Below, piece after piece: positions 40,121 to 50,480 of a stretch of 64,000 bases of DNA (positions are counted from its first letter, which is position 1; every line of letters begins with the position of its first letter). The notes below the pieces were generated by a model. The model saw nothing but the letters and a program-made list of their open reading frames with translations, did no database searches and had not been told where the DNA came from. The position numbers and the translations under genes are program-made. Source of the stretch: Terriglobia bacterium (GTDB taxonomy: Bacteria; Acidobacteriota; Terriglobia; 20CM-2-55-15); the NCBI GenBank assembly GCA_965198225.1, contig CBDAOY010000008.1:928001-992000 (forward strand), in the 5' to 3' direction.

Positions 40121-41278
40121 TCAGCGCAGATGTCGCGTGACCAGATCCCAGTAGCTGCGGAGCCGCCCGGAAGCTGCATCCTCCAGAAACCCGGCCATCG
40201 TTTGAATCAAACTCGTCGGTCGATGGCCACGAACGTTCCGAGGGTGACGGCCCCCGAAAGTGGGGAAGTAGGCGCGGACGAACACGGCATCCTCGGTGAT
40301 CGGAAAGGACCGAACATTGTCGACGTAATCGTTCCACTCCGGCCGGTTGAAAAGGTAGAACTCGACGTTGGAAGCGTAGAACACCGACACGGCCAGGCCG
40401 CGCCCGTCCAGGAAGGCCGCAGCAGCCCTCAAAGCTTTCGCTCCGGCAAAGTCGCCGACGATCGGGATGAGACGGTTCTCCCGATGTATGGATTGCAGGC
40501 GGTCGAATAACTCGTCGCTGGCCAGGTAGTTTTGATGCCGACCCTCCAGATCCGTCTCCAGAATCAGGTGTTCGAAGGTGGGATACCCGATGGGAGATCG
40601 CCCGAAACTCGAGAAACGAAGATCGAGGTTCTCCCGCGAGAACGTCTCGTAAATGTAGCGGATCCGATCCAGGTCGAATGCGCTCAGCTTGAGTTCGTAT
40701 TCTTCGAGCAGCATCCGTTCGACCTCTGCCAGACGAGGTTCGAACTCACCGCTTGGCGCTCTGCGCACCGCGCGGAGCATGTCGGGCAGGGCCAGGTCGA
40801 TGTTCCTTCGAGGACACTGCTTCGAGAACAGAAGACAAAGGAAGTCGTGGCGGTCTTCGGCCTCTTCGATCAGCACCTTGAACAACAGATGCTGCAGCAT
40901 GTTCTGCCGACGGATGTCTGCGATGATCGCCAGCGCCGGCTGCACGTGGACGATGTAGCTGAAATTCTGGTCGGGGCCGACACCGAAGTAGACGCCGCCC
41001 GGTTCGACTTGATTCCGCAGCGTGTCGATAACGTGCAGGTACGATGTCTCGTTCGAGATGAAGTTGTCGGTGTCGAAGTAGCCCTCAGCTTCAGAGAGCG
41101 CTTCGATGATCGCTCCGAAATCGGCGCGCGAAATCTCGAGGCTCGCGGCATTGGCGGACGGTTCGCTCGGGCGGGGACTCCAGGGGATCAGGCTGACGGC
41201 AAGGGCGGCCGCGACGGCCCCTCCCACGAAGACAAGCCGCCGACTCTGGGAGCTTTTCTGGGGTCGGTTCTCGTTCAT
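40121..41278 (-). CDS. exported hypothetical protein
   Basis: RR plus TM N-terminus; FDTDNFISNE, GVGPDQNFSY, GDFAG, FYASNVEFY motifs. Confidence 0.8.
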   Translation of the reverse strand: MNENRPQKSSQSRRLVFVGGAVAAALAVSLIPWSPRPSEPSANAASLEISRADFGAIIEALSEAEGYFDTDNFISNETSYLHVIDTLRNQVEPGGVYFGVGPDQNFSYIVHVQPALAIIADIRRQNMLQHLLFKVLIEEAEDRHDFLCLLFSKQCPRRNIDLALPDMLRAVRRAPSGEFEPRLAEVERMLLEEYELKLSAFDLDRIRYIYETFSRENLDLRFSSFGRSPIGYPTFEHLILETDLEGRHQNYLASDELFDRLQSIHRENRLIPIVGDFAGAKALRAAAAFLDGRGLAVSVFYASNVEFYLFNRPEWNDYVDNVRSFPITEDAVFVRAYFPTFGGRHPRNVRGHRPTSLIQTMAGFLEDAASGRLRSYWDLVTRHLR

Positions 41279-41605
41279 GACACCGACTAATCAGGTTTCT
41301 TGGCCGCGGCGCCTATCATGTCTCAGTTTGGCGGTGTGTTTCAAGCCAATCGACCTGTCTCGTCGACCTCTCGGAGTTCGAGCCTGTTGGGTGGAGTTCC
41401 CGGTTGCAGAAACCGAAGCGCCGGGGTGAAAGGGCGGTTCTACCCCGGCCAGCCGGCCTGACGAGTGCATCTTCTGTTCTCGTTAAGGAATGCTCGGGAC
41501 ATCGGAGTGCCTGGAGGTCGAATTCATACTGAAGTGAATGTGGAATCGGCCAGGTGGTCGACCGACGCACGGTAGGAGATGAGTGGGGACCGGACTCTTG
41601 AGATG

Positions 41606-41917
41606 TCAGTGCCGGCTCACTAGGCTGGCGCGCTTTCCAAGGTGAAGATCGTTGATTCTGCCGACACGGCAGTTCCACCGACGGCCATCGTTCAGCCGAA
41701 GCGTCAGCTGAGCGTTCCCCTGCATCAGCGACCACAAGTCGATGTCTACACCCACCTTGATGTCAGCCCGGGCCTCCTCGGACCGGATGTACTCGGATCC
41801 GTAGTCGGACCCTTCGACGGAGCCAAATCCGTAGACGACCTCTCCCAGGCACACATTACCGTGCAGGAGCTCGCCTTCACCCAAGACGGATTGGACCATG
41901 CGCAAACTTTTCGCCAT
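41606..41917 (-). CDS. hypothetical protein
   Basis: AAGGAGG RBS before ATG; 103 aa. Confidence 0.55.
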   Translation of the reverse strand: MAKSLRMVQSVLGEGELLHGNVCLGEVVYGFGSVEGSDYGSEYIRSEEARADIKVGVDIDLWSLMQGNAQLTLRLNDGRRWNCRVGRINDLHLGKRASLVSRH

Positions 41918-42033
41918 CGCAGGGACCTCCTTACCTCTGACTGTATCGTGAGTCGTTGACAGGACAATTCAGGTCCCAGCAAGGCAAAAAGTGGGCTATG
42001 CCCCCCCGGTTCGCTATGATGTCTGGACCTCCG

Positions 42034-42672
42034 ATGAAACACGCGCTCACATTCGAGGGCACCAGCGTCATCGTCGAAGAACCGGATGGATGGGACCGAT
42101 CTCTGGCTTTCATTCTCGGCCACGGTGCCGGACAGAGCATGGATTCACGCTTCATGTCGTTCTTCCACGATGGCCTCGCCGAGCTCGGATTCCTGTCGGT
42201 CAAATTCAATTTCCAATACATGGAACAAGGTCGGCGGGCACCTGACCATCAGAACAAGCTGCGCGCGACCTACCGGGGCGTCATCGATCTGATCACGGCA
42301 CGCCACGATCCGAGAGAGCTCATCATCGGGGGTAAATCCATGGGGGGACGCGTCGCATCCTACATCGCAGGCGAAATTCCTGCGGTGCGGGGCCTGGTCT
42401 TCCTGGGATACCCCCTGCACCCTCCTGGACGGACCGACAAGCTACGAGACGAACATCTTTATGATCTGGACCGCGACATGTTGTTCATCAGCGGTACTCG
42501 GGATTCGCTGGCGAGGCCGGAACTTCTGGACCGCGTTGTCGCCAAGATCGGCGCTCGCGCTCGACTCGTCCGGATCGAGGGCGGCGATCACTCGCTCCGC
42601 GTGAAGAAATCCGACGAGGAGTCCCTGGCCAACGCCCTCCAATCGATCGGAGATTGGTCCAGGCGCTTCTGA
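42034..42672 (+). CDS. alpha/beta hydrolase (KANSL3/Tex30-like)
   Basis: HGAG, GGKSMGGR, LGYPLHPPG, GTRD, GGDH. Confidence 0.9.
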   Translation: MKHALTFEGTSVIVEEPDGWDRSLAFILGHGAGQSMDSRFMSFFHDGLAELGFLSVKFNFQYMEQGRRAPDHQNKLRATYRGVIDLITARHDPRELIIGGKSMGGRVASYIAGEIPAVRGLVFLGYPLHPPGRTDKLRDEHLYDLDRDMLFISGTRDSLARPELLDRVVAKIGARARLVRIEGGDHSLRVKKSDEESLANALQSIGDWSRRF

Positions 42673-42752
42673 CAAGGAGAGAGCATGGGTCGACGTGATG
42701 AGTTTAAGGAATGCCGGCCGGAGACTGCTCCCGGAACCGGGTGGGACGTTTC

Positions 42753-43466
42753 GTGACCGAACTGATCTACACCGAGGATGCCTACGTGAAGGAATTTGAG
42801 GCCGTGGTCGTTGGCGTCGAAGGCGATGCGGTCTCGCTGTCCCGCACCGCTTTCTATCCTGGCGGGGGCGGTCAGCCGAGCGACCAGGGAACGATCCGCT
42901 GGGACAGGGGAGAGGTCCGGGTGGCATCAGCCGGCAAACGAGGCGGCAACGTCCTCCACACCCTTGAGGGAGAGTCCCCGTCCCTCGGTGCGCCTGTCGC
43001 TGGGGTTCTGGACTGGGAACGCCGCTATGCCCTGATGCGGACGCACACCGCGTTGCACATCCTTTGCGCAGTCGTTTACCGCGATTTCGGTACCTGGGTG
43101 ACCGGAAGCAACATGAAACCGAATGAGGCTCGTATGGATTTCGAGCTGGATCGGCTCTCGGTCCAATTCACCGAAGATGTCGAAAGACGGATCAACGTCG
43201 AGGTCGAAGAAGCGCGTCCTATCCGCGTGCGTATCCTTCCCCGTGAAGAGGCTTTCCAGATCCCGGAACTGATCCGTACCAAGATCAATCTGCTACCGGA
43301 AGGAATCGCCGAGGTCCGAACCGTCGAGATCGAAGGCCTGGACCTCCAGGCCGACGGCGGAACCCACGTCGCGAACACCCGCGAGGTGGGCCCTATTCGC
43401 GTCGTGGGTCACGAGAGCAAGGGAAAGATCAACAAGCGGCTGAGAATCGCGCTGAGTCCCACATGA
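42753..43466 (+). CDS. alaX: alanyl-tRNA editing protein AlaX
   Basis: TAFYPGGGGQPSD, HTALH, QADGGTHV, GKINKR. Confidence 0.92.
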   Translation: MTELIYTEDAYVKEFEAVVVGVEGDAVSLSRTAFYPGGGGQPSDQGTIRWDRGEVRVASAGKRGGNVLHTLEGESPSLGAPVAGVLDWERRYALMRTHTALHILCAVVYRDFGTWVTGSNMKPNEARMDFELDRLSVQFTEDVERRINVEVEEARPIRVRILPREEAFQIPELIRTKINLLPEGIAEVRTVEIEGLDLQADGGTHVANTREVGPIRVVGHESKGKINKRLRIALSPT

Positions 43467-43505
43467 GACGAGACCGGCGAAAGATCGGGGGAGACCCTCC
43501 GCCTG

Positions 43506-43660
43506 GCCCGAACCTCTCATGAATGTTCGCACGCGCGCTTTTCTCACCGGACGACCCGGACTATCAAACCGGTGTGTTTCGGTTCCCGGGAGTTCAGTTT
43601 CCGTCCCCGAATTCAACCGAATTCAAGCGCCTTGATCGTTGTCCTCGGGCATTCCGATGG
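43506..43660. repeat. degenerate family-B intergenic repeat
   Basis: Shares CCCGAAC.TCTCA.GAATGTTCG, TTTTCTCA.CGG and CGTCCCCGAATTC...GATCGTTGTCC with 61993-62113. Confidence 0.6.
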
Positions 43661-43672
43661 CGCCTTGGCCGA

Positions 43673-45820
43673 TCATTTCAAGGTGTTGGCTCGTTTCCGC
43701 AGGCCGGCTTCGAGAGCCGGCGCGTAGCTCCGGCGGACGTACTCCTTCATCATCCGACGGGCACTGAACCGCGGTACGATGGTTGCGATTGACTTCTTGG
43801 CCATGGCGATCCACCGCCGTGGCAACCCGCGGTCCCGCTCGTAAAAGAGAGGGATGACTTCTTTCTCCAGGATTTCATACAGAAGGGCTGCGTCTGAGGG
43901 ATCGTCCCGGCGGGTTTCCAGATCTTCGGCCGTGGAACCGACCGACCAGCCGTTCCCTTCTTCAAAGCCTTCAAACCACCAACCGTCCGGCACGCTCAGG
44001 TTCAGCACCCCGTTCATGCCGGCCTTCTGCCCGCTCGTGCCGCAGGCTTCCAAGTGTGGCCTGGGAGTGTTCAGCCAGACATCGGCTCCCTGCACGAAAA
44101 AGCGTGCGGCATGCATTTCGTAGTTCTCCACAAAGGCGACGTGTCCGGCCAGGCCGTGATCCGTGGCCAGCGAGTAGATTTGCTGGATCAGCTGCTTTCC
44201 GGTCTCGTCGGCCGGGTGAGCCTTGCCGCCGAACACGAGTTGCAGCGGCCTCCAACGGTCGGTAATCAGGTTCCGCATTCGATCGAGATCCTCGAAAATC
44301 AGCGCCGCGCGCTTGTATCCGGTAAAACGCCGTGCAAAGCCGATCGTCAGGGCGTCGGGGTCAAGAAGGCTACCCATTCCCAACACCTGCTTGGGGTCGA
44401 CCTCCCCCGATGACCACCGGCCTCGCGCCCTTTCACGGACGAAGGCAAGCAGCTTGCGCTTGAGGCGGAGGTGGACATTCCAGAACTCTTCATCGGGAAT
44501 CTCAAAGATCCCCTGCCACAGGTCCTCGTCGTCGTGCCGGTCGACCCAGTCCTCGCCGAGACACCTGTCGAGCAGCAGGCCCAGCTCGGTCGAAATCCAG
44601 GTCGGCGCGTGGACACCGTTGGTGATCGATCCGATCGGCACACTCTCCTCGGCAGTGTCGGGCCAGAGCCCCCGCCACATTCGTCGCGAGACCCGACCGT
44701 GGAGTCTACTGACGCCATTCCTGCGTCCGCTCGTCCTCAGCGCCAACGCCGTCATGTTGAATTCTCCGTCATGCGCACCGAGATCCATAAACTGTCGGAG
44801 CGCCAGGCCAAGATCGTTGGAGTAGTCACCGAAATACTTCTCGACCATGTGGAAGGGAAACGAATCGTGTCCGGCCCGCACCGGAGTGTGTGTCGTGAAT
44901 ATCGAACTTTCCCGGACTGCTTCGGACGCCTGCTCGAAGGAATGCCCATCGAGAACGAGTTCCCGGATCCGCTCCACGAACATGAAGGACGTATGGCCCT
45001 CGTTCGCATGCCACACCTCTGGAGCAACACCCAAAGCCCGGAGAGTGCGCACGCCGCCGATACCGAGGACGATCTCCTGCCGGATGCGATGTTCTCGGTC
45101 GCCTCCGTAAAGCCGTGCGGACAGATCCCGATTCTGCGGTTCATTCTCCTCCACGTCGGTATCCATCAGGTAGAGCGATACCCCGCCGATCAGAACCTGC
45201 CAGACACCAAAATGGATCGTTTCCTCGTTCAATTGAAGCTGGACCAGAAACCTTCGATCATCGACCGCGCGCTGGATCGGCGATGCGTCTCGTTCGAGCC
45301 TCTGGTCCACGTTTTCCTGCCAGCCGTCAGAACGCAACCGCTGATGGAAGTATCCTTGGGGATAGACGAAACCGACTCCGAGGAGTGGGACCCCCAGGTC
45401 GCTTGATTCCTTGCACTTATCGCCAGCGAGAATCCCCAGACCGCCGGAATAGATCGGGAGTGAGCTGTGCAGACCGAATTCAGCGGAGAAGTACGCGACG
45501 GGCCGGTCTTTCAGGGAAGGGAATGCCTCGGCAAACCACTTTCCTTCGCCGAGGGCGGCGGCGGCCATCGTGGCGAGGACGGAATCGTACGCCCCGAGAA
45601 ACTCCTCATCGCTGGCCGCCTCCTCCAGCACCTGCGGAGGCAGTTCGCGCAGCAACCGGACGGGGTTGTGGTGGGTCAGCTTCCAAAGGCGCGGGTCCAG
45701 CGTCTTGAAGAGCTCCCGCGCGCCACGGTCCCAGCTCCACCAGAGGTTGTGGGCCAGGCTATCGAGTCTGGCAATTCGCGGCGGAATCGGGGGTGGAGCC
45801 AAGGCCATTGGAATAGGCAA
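43673..45820 (-). CDS. glgP: alpha-glucan (glycogen) phosphorylase
   Basis: [34 protein letters not shown] (PLP Lys). Confidence 0.96.
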   Translation of the reverse strand: MPIPMALAPPPIPPRIARLDSLAHNLWWSWDRGARELFKTLDPRLWKLTHHNPVRLLRELPPQVLEEAASDEEFLGAYDSVLATMAAAALGEGKWFAEAFPSLKDRPVAYFSAEFGLHSSLPIYSGGLGILAGDKCKESSDLGVPLLGVGFVYPQGYFHQRLRSDGWQENVDQRLERDASPIQRAVDDRRFLVQLQLNEETIHFGVWQVLIGGVSLYLMDTDVEENEPQNRDLSARLYGGDREHRIRQEIVLGIGGVRTLRALGVAPEVWHANEGHTSFMFVERIRELVLDGHSFEQASEAVRESSIFTTHTPVRAGHDSFPFHMVEKYFGDYSNDLGLALRQFMDLGAHDGEFNMTALALRTSGRRNGVSRLHGRVSRRMWRGLWPDTAEESVPIGSITNGVHAPTWISTELGLLLDRCLGEDWVDRHDDEDLWQGIFEIPDEEFWNVHLRLKRKLLAFVRERARGRWSSGEVDPKQVLGMGSLLDPDALTIGFARRFTGYKRAALIFEDLDRMRNLITDRWRPLQLVFGGKAHPADETGKQLIQQIYSLATDHGLAGHVAFVENYEMHAARFFVQGADVWLNTPRPHLEACGTSGQKAGMNGVLNLSVPDGWWFEGFEEGNGWSVGSTAEDLETRRDDPSDAALLYEILEKEVIPLFYERDRGLPRRWIAMAKKSIATIVPRFSARRMMKEYVRRSYAPALEAGLRKRANTLK

Positions 45821-46181
45821 TGTGTCAGGCCGAGCGCGGCTTCATCTCTGCTTCCAGAACCTTCTCGAAGCTATCGATTTCGAACGGAATTCCTTGAAAC
45901 GGAATAACAGCGGTCGTCAGGCGGCCTCGGCGACACTGTCGGGCACCTGCATGGGCCCGGGCAAGAAAAGTAAGCGGACGCTTCACAGAAGAAATTCCTC
46001 CAACGCCAAATGATCCGGGGGCGGTCAATCGCACTCGGCAAAATCCGATCCCGTCCGGAAATGAACAGTATCCCACGAATCCCCACAGAGGAGGGTTCGC
46101 GAAGGGGAAGTTGGCCCCACGGAGTGCAAACGGCGGTCGGGTGGGCTTAGCCGGCCCCGCTTTAGGGTAGTATAGACACCG

Positions 46182-48920
46182 ATGTCTTCTGAACATCCTC
46201 AAATGCCCGAACTTCCGCCGGGCGCCGGGCTGGTCTACCGGCTGTTCGGAATCATCTTCTTCTTGCTCGTCGCGAACCAGGCGGTGGCGATCTACGTCGA
46301 AACATTGTGGTTCGAGAGCGTGGGCTACGAGTCCGTCTACTGGTACCGACTCACTATGCAGCTGGGGACCTTCGGCGTCTTCGCCCTGGCGACGAGCGCC
46401 TCGCTGTGGCTGTTATTCCGTTTGATAGCGCCACGGGCCGACGAGAGCCGCTCAGCGATCGAGTTTGGTGGCGAACGAATCGTGATCCCACCGGGAGAGT
46501 TCTTCCGACGAATCGCGGCCGTCGGGGCTATCCTTTTCGGGTTTCTGTTCGGCCTGGCCTACAGCATCGACTGGCCCCGGTACGCGCTGTTCTTCAACCG
46601 GCCGTCCGCCTCAGGAATAACGGACCCAATCCTGGGCCGGGACCTGAACTTCTATCTCTTCGTTCTGCCGATGCTCGACGCCGTCGTGTCCTGGTTCCTG
46701 TCGGTGGCTGTGATCATCGGTTTCGCGGGAGCGCTGCTGGCTCCGCTGGACCGAACGATGAAGTTTCGTGGTCTATCCCTGGCGGTGGTCATCGTTTCTG
46801 TGGCCCTGGCCGCAAGAGCCTACCTCTATCAGTTCCACCTGCTGTATGGGGAGCACCCTCTCTTTTCCGGGGTCACCTACGTCGACGAGAACGCAATCAT
46901 CCCCGGCCTATCGGTTATCGTCGTCACCCTGCTCGTCGCCGCCGCCATCAGCGCCTACAACCTTCACGCCTGTCGTCCCCGAAACCTGATGATAGCGGGA
47001 GGGATTCCGGCGCTGGCGTACTTGTTTGCATGGATCCTCGTGCCGGGATATGTCACGAACTTCGTCGTTCGGCCGAACGAACTGGTGAGGGAAACGCCCT
47101 ACATCCAGCGAAGCATCGAGCACACCAGAAAGGCTTTCGGGCTCGACGGCATCGAAGAGATTCCGTTCGAACCGGTCGTTACCGATGCGTTGTTCGACCC
47201 GTCCATGCACATACAGACGCTGGAGAACGTGCGGCTGTGGGACTGGCGGGCTCTGCAGGCGACTCTGGGCCAGGTGCAGGAAATTCGGACATACTACGAC
47301 TTTGCCGACGTCGATGTCGATCGTTATGAAATAGACGGCGAGAAGAGATCGATGATGCTCGCCACCAGAGAGCTGAACCTGGCGAACCTGCCGTCAGCGT
47401 CGAGCAACTGGATCAACGAACGTCTCATCTTCACCCATGGATACGGCGTGACGATGAACCCGGTCAACGGGTTCACGAGCGAAGGCCTTCCGGAGTTTGT
47501 CCTCCATGACATGCCGGTCGAGAGTACGATCCCGGAGATCGAGGTCCTTCGGCCCGAGGTTTACTTCGGGGAGCTGACGAACTGGCCGGTGTACGTGAAG
47601 ACACAGCAGCAGGAGTTCAACTACCCGGAAGGGGAGAGCAACAACTACAACACCTACGAGGGGGCCGGCGGGATACCGATCGGCGGACTCCTGCGCCGTC
47701 TTATCCTGGCCTACGAGACCGGCGAGCTGACGACCCTGCCGTTTGCCGATGACGTGACCCCGGAAAGCCAGCTTCTGATGCGCCGCAACATCCGGCAACG
47801 CGTCCAAACCATCGCACCGTTCCTGATCTACGATGACGATGCCTACATCGTAGTCGGTGACGACGGCGGGCTTTACTGGATCATCGACGCTTTCACGGTC
47901 GCGGACACCTATCCGTATTCGAGGCAGGTCGCGTTCGGCCGGGGTAGCGTCAACTACATCCGCAACAGCGTCAAGGTCGTCGTCAACGCCTATAACGGAA
48001 CGACACGGTTCTACGTGTTCGAGCCAGACGACCCCGTCATCCAGGCATACCGCAACACGTTCCCGGATCTGTTCGTCGACGCGGACGACATGCCTGGATG
48101 GTTACGGCCGCACACACGCTATCCGGAACTCCTGTTCCGGATACAGGCGCTCGTGTACGCCACCTACCATGTCGAGGACGAACAGGTCTTCTACAACCAG
48201 GAGGACCTCTGGACGGTCGCTCAGCAGGGACGATCCCAGGCCGGCTCCGATGAGATCGAGCCCTACTTCGTGCTGATGCGTTTCCCGGGCGAGGCCGACG
48301 TGGAGTTCGTGTCGATCCTCCCTTTCACGCCTTCGAACCGGAACAACCTCATCGGCTGGATGGCCGCCCGCAGCGATGGTGACGCCTATGGGAAGCTTCG
48401 CGCCTACCAGTTCCCGAAGACCCGTTTCATCGACGGCCCGCTCCAGATCGAGGCTCGCATCGATCAGGACCCCGAACTGTCGTCGCAGTTGAGCCTGTGG
48501 AACCAACAGGGGTCCAACGTGCTTCGCGGCAACCTGCTCGTGATCCCCCTGGAAGAGACGCTCCTTTTTGTGGCGCCGATTTACCTGCAGGCTGAACGCA
48601 GCCCGATGCCGGAACTGCGGATCGTCGTCCTGGCCACTCAGGATCGGATGGCCTACGGCGCGAGTTTCGAGGAAGCCCTCGAGGGGCTACTCGAAGGAAC
48701 CCCCTCGAGGGCGCCGAGGGAGGAACTCACGGAGGCGGAGCCCGGCGCCCGTCCGGTCTCCACGACAGGTGGAGAGAGCCGGGATAGCCTCATCGCCCAG
48801 GCCAGCCAGGCGCTTGAAGCGTACCAGCGCTTGACCGCGGAGGGTAAGCTCGCTGACGCCGGGCAGGCGCTCGAAGAACTGAAGGCAACGCTTGACGCAT
48901 TGGCCGGCCCGGGCCGGTGA
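46182..48920 (+). CDS. UPF0182 family membrane protein
   Basis: DPILGRDLNFYLF, VRLWDW, YYDFADVDVDRY, NYIRNSVK, GNLLVIP. Confidence 0.93.
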   Translation: MSSEHPQMPELPPGAGLVYRLFGIIFFLLVANQAVAIYVETLWFESVGYESVYWYRLTMQLGTFGVFALATSASLWLLFRLIAPRADESRSAIEFGGERIVIPPGEFFRRIAAVGAILFGFLFGLAYSIDWPRYALFFNRPSASGITDPILGRDLNFYLFVLPMLDAVVSWFLSVAVIIGFAGALLAPLDRTMKFRGLSLAVVIVSVALAARAYLYQFHLLYGEHPLFSGVTYVDENAIIPGLSVIVVTLLVAAAISAYNLHACRPRNLMIAGGIPALAYLFAWILVPGYVTNFVVRPNELVRETPYIQRSIEHTRKAFGLDGIEEIPFEPVVTDALFDPSMHIQTLENVRLWDWRALQATLGQVQEIRTYYDFADVDVDRYEIDGEKRSMMLATRELNLANLPSASSNWINERLIFTHGYGVTMNPVNGFTSEGLPEFVLHDMPVESTIPEIEVLRPEVYFGELTNWPVYVKTQQQEFNYPEGESNNYNTYEGAGGIPIGGLLRRLILAYETGELTTLPFADDVTPESQLLMRRNIRQRVQTIAPFLIYDDDAYIVVGDDGGLYWIIDAFTVADTYPYSRQVAFGRGSVNYIRNSVKVVVNAYNGTTRFYVFEPDDPVIQAYRNTFPDLFVDADDMPGWLRPHTRYPELLFRIQALVYATYHVEDEQVFYNQEDLWTVAQQGRSQAGSDEIEPYFVLMRFPGEADVEFVSILPFTPSNRNNLIGWMAARSDGDAYGKLRAYQFPKTRFIDGPLQIEARIDQDPELSSQLSLWNQQGSNVLRGNLLVIPLEETLLFVAPIYLQAERSPMPELRIVVLATQDRMAYGASFEEALEGLLEGTPSRAPREELTEAEPGARPVSTTGGESRDSLIAQASQALEAYQRLTAEGKLADAGQALEELKATLDALAGPGR

Positions 48921-48995
48921 CTTGCGATTCGGGACCGTGAGCCATTGAGTCAGGTTTCGGGGCGGCCTGGCTGACCCTCCCTCGATCACCGACCC

Positions 48996-49844
48996 ATGCC
49001 TGGAGCCAAACCAGCCGTGCGCCTTCTAGCCGTCGACCTGGACGGGACCCTCCTCGATTCGAACTGGGAGTTGAGCGATCGGAACCGGCGGGCTCTCACT
49101 AGGGCCAGAACGCAGGGAGTCGAGATCGCGATCGTTACCGGGCGGCGCAACTCTGCCGCACGAACTTTGGTTCAGTCGCTCGACTTCGACCACTACCTGA
49201 TCACGAGCGCCGGCGCGCTGGTTTCATCCAAGACTGCGGGTCCGCTACTGTCCCACCAATGGGATGAAGGTCTTCTGGAACAGTTTCTATCGCATGTCCA
49301 ACGATTCCGGGGGGCGACGTTCCTGATCACGGACTCCGAAGGGCCCGGGGAAATTCAGTGTCAGGATCCCGATCTCGAGGATCCGCACGTCGGGCGTTAC
49401 GTCCGCTTGAACGAGGGCTTCATCGCCCGGAACTCAAACCTTGCCGCCCACCGCGGTGCCGGCGTCCTTCAGGTCGCTTTCATGGGCAGCCTTATCCGAA
49501 TGGACGAGTTGCGCGGCGTCATCGATGGCTTCGGATCTCTTGACAACATATCCGTTTCGCACACCCGGTACCCCGAGCGGAACTTCGAATTGATCGATGC
49601 GGTCCGCTGCGACGCCGACAAGGGCCATGCTGTCCGTAAACTAGCCGAAATGCTGGGCATCGCAGCCGGGCGGACGATGGCGATCGGGGACAATCACGCG
49701 GACGAGGCGATGCTCGAGTTCGCGGGCCATCCTTTCGTCGTGGCGAACGCTCAAGACGAGCTCAAGCGGAGATGGCCGGTGATCCCGAGCAACGACGAAG
49801 ACGGCGTCGCCCTTGCGATCGATGCCCGCCTGCCACCCTCCTGA
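48996..49844 (+). CDS. Cof-type HAD-IIB hydrolase
   Basis: DLDGTLL, TGRR, DKG, GDNHAD, NDEDGVA. Confidence 0.93.
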   Translation: MPGAKPAVRLLAVDLDGTLLDSNWELSDRNRRALTRARTQGVEIAIVTGRRNSAARTLVQSLDFDHYLITSAGALVSSKTAGPLLSHQWDEGLLEQFLSHVQRFRGATFLITDSEGPGEIQCQDPDLEDPHVGRYVRLNEGFIARNSNLAAHRGAGVLQVAFMGSLIRMDELRGVIDGFGSLDNISVSHTRYPERNFELIDAVRCDADKGHAVRKLAEMLGIAAGRTMAIGDNHADEAMLEFAGHPFVVANAQDELKRRWPVIPSNDEDGVALAIDARLPPS

Positions 49845-50480
49845 TCAGTTACCTTCCTCCACTTTGCACGATTCAGCTTCCCGCCTAGGAATTTCGTAAC
49901 GGCTACATGACTGAACCAGAAATTCATTTATTCAAGGAGTAATTGAGACTATTCCAGATGTCAGAGCCGCGTCCCGGACGGTATTCGAACCTGCGGCAGC
50001 GGAGCCGGGCAAGGCAGCTCCTAGGTCAAACGCAGAATTCTGATTCGAAAGTATTTATCGCCACGGGTGGATGATCTGCCGTTTAGAAGGAGTCGAAGGG
50101 AATGGCGTGCAGGAAGCAAGCCACACGGCACCTGGAAGGTGCCGCTAACAGACAGGATGCTGGGGGTCCGGGGGGACCCGAAAGAGTCAATCTCCCACCA
50201 CCCGCGACGATTCTCCAATCCGATAGCATCTGGTTCCGAACTGCGTTTCGACCCGGGCCGCACGCAGTCTTTGCTTCAGACCATCCGCAGCCGTCTCTTC
50301 GGAAAAAAACCATTTTGGACCTAAAGAAATCCTACGGAGTGCCGATGAGGGGGAGGACAGCCGGAACCCTCGGCCCCGGCCGCCTGCGGGTGGTTGGGCA
50401 CTCCGTCTAGTCGTGCAACCGAGAGGGTAGCCGCAACGCGGCACGGCAACAGGTACTACGGATACTCAAGGAGATCCTAC

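Noticed and set aside
41290-41605. Possible IS remnant in the intergenic region
   Set aside because: No paired inverted repeat or transposase fragment that I could identify
50290-50350. c-di-GMP-I riboswitch-like fragments
   Set aside because: No GNRA-capped P2 and no GCAAA...GCAAAG arrangement; resemblance is superficial
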